Shown here piece by piece: positions 62,305 to 64,000 of a stretch of 64,000 bases of DNA; positions within the stretch are counted from its first letter, which is position 1, and every line of letters starts with the position of its first letter. The position numbers and the translations under genes are program-made. The notes under the pieces were generated by a model. The model worked only from the letters and a program-made list of their open reading frames with translations. It did not search any database and was not told where the DNA came from. This stretch comes from Porphyridium purpureum (Eukaryota). The stretch lies in contig VRMN01000002.1 of the NCBI GenBank assembly GCA_008690995.1, positions 1,302,001 to 1,366,000 of the forward strand, written 5' to 3'.

Positions 62305-62820
62305 ATGGTGGCGGCGGCGGCGGCGACGGCCATGGGCAGGGCCAAGTCGGGCGTGCGAAAAGCGCTAGGCTTGGCGACTGCCGGGCTCGCCACGCACGCC
62401 GCAGTGTCGGCGGCGTGCACGGCCGCTTTCTACGGGATGTTGAAGCAGCACGTGGACGTGGTCTCGCTGCTGTCGCGCCATGGCATCAATGTGTGTACTG
62501 AGAATAATATGTACAGCTCCAGCGCGGGCTCCGGGACTCAGGAGTGGGAATTGAGCGAGGACACATACCGTAGCGCGCTTGAAAGCATTACGATGACCAC
62601 CAGTGACTCCGCGTGGGCCGAGAAAGCAGAGGACGACGAACCGCCGCTGCCGGACGGGCTTGTGCGGCCCTCCATGGGAGTCTATGGAAACGGGTCCATG
62701 GTCGCCATTGCGTACATGTGCTCTCGAGCCGTCTTTGCGTTTCGTGTACCCGTGACCTTGGCGCTCACTCCGGTCGTGCACCGACTGTGGCGTATCGGAA
62801 TATCACGAGCTCGCGCATAA
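62305..62820 (+). CDS. DUF1279/FAM210-like membrane protein
   Basis: ATHAAVSAACTAAFY...VDVVSLL and AIAYMCSRAVFAFRVPVTLALTPVVHR match the DUF1279 pattern. Confidence 0.65.
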   Translation: MVAAAAATAMGRAKSGVRKALGLATAGLATHAAVSAACTAAFYGMLKQHVDVVSLLSRHGINVCTENNMYSSSAGSGTQEWELSEDTYRSALESITMTTSDSAWAEKAEDDEPPLPDGLVRPSMGVYGNGSMVAIAYMCSRAVFAFRVPVTLALTPVVHRLWRIGISRARA

Positions 62821-62936
62821 GTTGGTTCGCGAGGCTCCTGCTGTGAATATAGGGAACAAAAGGCGCTGCGTCGCAGCGTCTCATCTTTATTGTGCTTCTT
62901 ACGGTCTTCTATGTTGTCGTGTGAATGTAAAGAGAA

Positions 62937-63731
62937 TCACTCATCGCCTTCTTTAGCTTCTTTCATCTTTTTGTCGGTTAATTCGACGATGCGTTTCTTC
63001 ACACTTTCCTTGACTTTTTCGATTGCATTTTCGTACGCGCGCAGAGTATCACGCCCGACGCCTGGCTTGTCCTTGGCGTTCTTGAGCACCTTGTTGAACC
63101 GCTTGTGCTCGTTGCCCAGAGCGTCCAGCGCGATCTGCTTTGCGGCGGCGATCCGCTTCAGCGCATTGGCGACGGCCTGAGGACCCATGGTCGGGATCGG
63201 TATCAACAGCACGTTGCTGTTCAACGTGTCCTGCACTGGGTTCAGCCCGAGATTTGCTGAACGGATGCCATTTTCTACCGCTTTGAGGGTCTCTGGCATG
63301 TACAAGATGACCTGCAGTGTGCGGCCGTCCTTTTCAAAATATTGAGCAAGCTGGTTCAGTGGTACTGATGTTCCATCCTTGTCCCCACTGGCCTTGCCGT
63401 ACGGATTCTTGATGGTCACCGAATCCAACAGGCTCGCGTCCATCGTGCTACTGGTGTTGATCCCATCTAGCGTCGCTTTCAAGTGGGTCACACACTTTTG
63501 CAGAGTGTGCTCCGCCTCAACCCGATCCATTTCCAATTGCGCTCCCAAGTCTTCTGATTCGCGGTCGGCCTTTTTCTCCTCGGCCTTTTGACTCTTGCGC
63601 GCCTTGTCCCCTTGCTTCTTTTTTGCGCCGCGCCGCTGCATCAACGACCACAGCGGCGCATGATCGGCACCGCGGGTGGCCACGGCAAAGCCGTACCGCG
63701 CGCGCGCCAGCAGCCCTGTCATTCCCTGCAT
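62937..63731 (-). CDS. Ribosome recycling factor, probably mitochondrial
   Basis: Arg-rich presequence; SLLDSVTI, VPLNQLAQ, LKAVENGIRSANLGLNP, IPIP. Confidence 0.8.
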   Translation of the reverse strand: MQGMTGLLARARYGFAVATRGADHAPLWSLMQRRGAKKKQGDKARKSQKAEEKKADRESEDLGAQLEMDRVEAEHTLQKCVTHLKATLDGINTSSTMDASLLDSVTIKNPYGKASGDKDGTSVPLNQLAQYFEKDGRTLQVILYMPETLKAVENGIRSANLGLNPVQDTLNSNVLLIPIPTMGPQAVANALKRIAAAKQIALDALGNEHKRFNKVLKNAKDKPGVGRDTLRAYENAIEKVKESVKKRIVELTDKKMKEAKEGDE

Positions 63732-64000
63732 TTTCGACTCCTTCGAAAGCGATTGGCGTCGTCTACAGTGACTGAATGGCAGCACGTCTCCGTGCGTGTT
63801 TACTACTCCCCAAAATATTGCCTCGTCCGGAAGCCCGCACCCACACTGACGGCAAAGGCTTCCACCGCGGCCAAATCAACTACATTGGGTCTATCGACGC
63901 AAGTCACATCAACGGAAATACCGACGGCACGGCACTCGCGCACAAAGTCTTGCACGACCGCGAGTGCGCACACTCCGTCTGTTTGCGTTGTCCCTGGACT

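Noticed and set aside
1..64000. CRISPR arrays, transposons, rRNA, prophage
   Set aside because: No repeat-spacer arrays, transposase/RT ORFs, terminal repeats or rRNA-like sequence seen; the content is eukaryotic nuclear.

Overview
Gene-dense, almost intron-free eukaryotic nuclear DNA. There are about 35 mostly single-exon CDS with very short intergenic spacers, one clear GT-AG spliceosomal intron (NAA10), and several N-terminal 'MAF/MGF'-type plastid transit peptides. Together these point to a unicellular red alga such as Porphyridium (inference, not a database result). Recognisable genes include: a PAK/Ste20 kinase, CPI1, a GH36 raffinose synthase/alkaline alpha-galactosidase, a sodium:solute symporter, a BBE-type FAD oxidase, NAA10, Tic110-like and Ycf48/HCF136-like proteins, an aspartic protease, a 2OG-Fe(II) oxygenase, CSN3, a dynamin-related GTPase, RAD16, eIF1AD, a bacterial-type RtcB, AP-3 sigma, PSRP1/HPF and RRF. 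Most notable observations: (1) a tRNA-Pro gene split by two bulge-helix-bulge-type introns, one ectopic in the D-loop, with an unusual C33/GGG anticodon loop, about 1 kb from RtcB; (2) a stand-alone MYCBP2-type RING-Cys-relay ligase whose second catalytic Cys is Ser; (3) a tandem pair of tiny paralogous ORFs, one missing from the ORF track; (4) a GTACAGT motif clustered in intergenic regions. All family assignments come from motif recognition by eye, and no searches were run.
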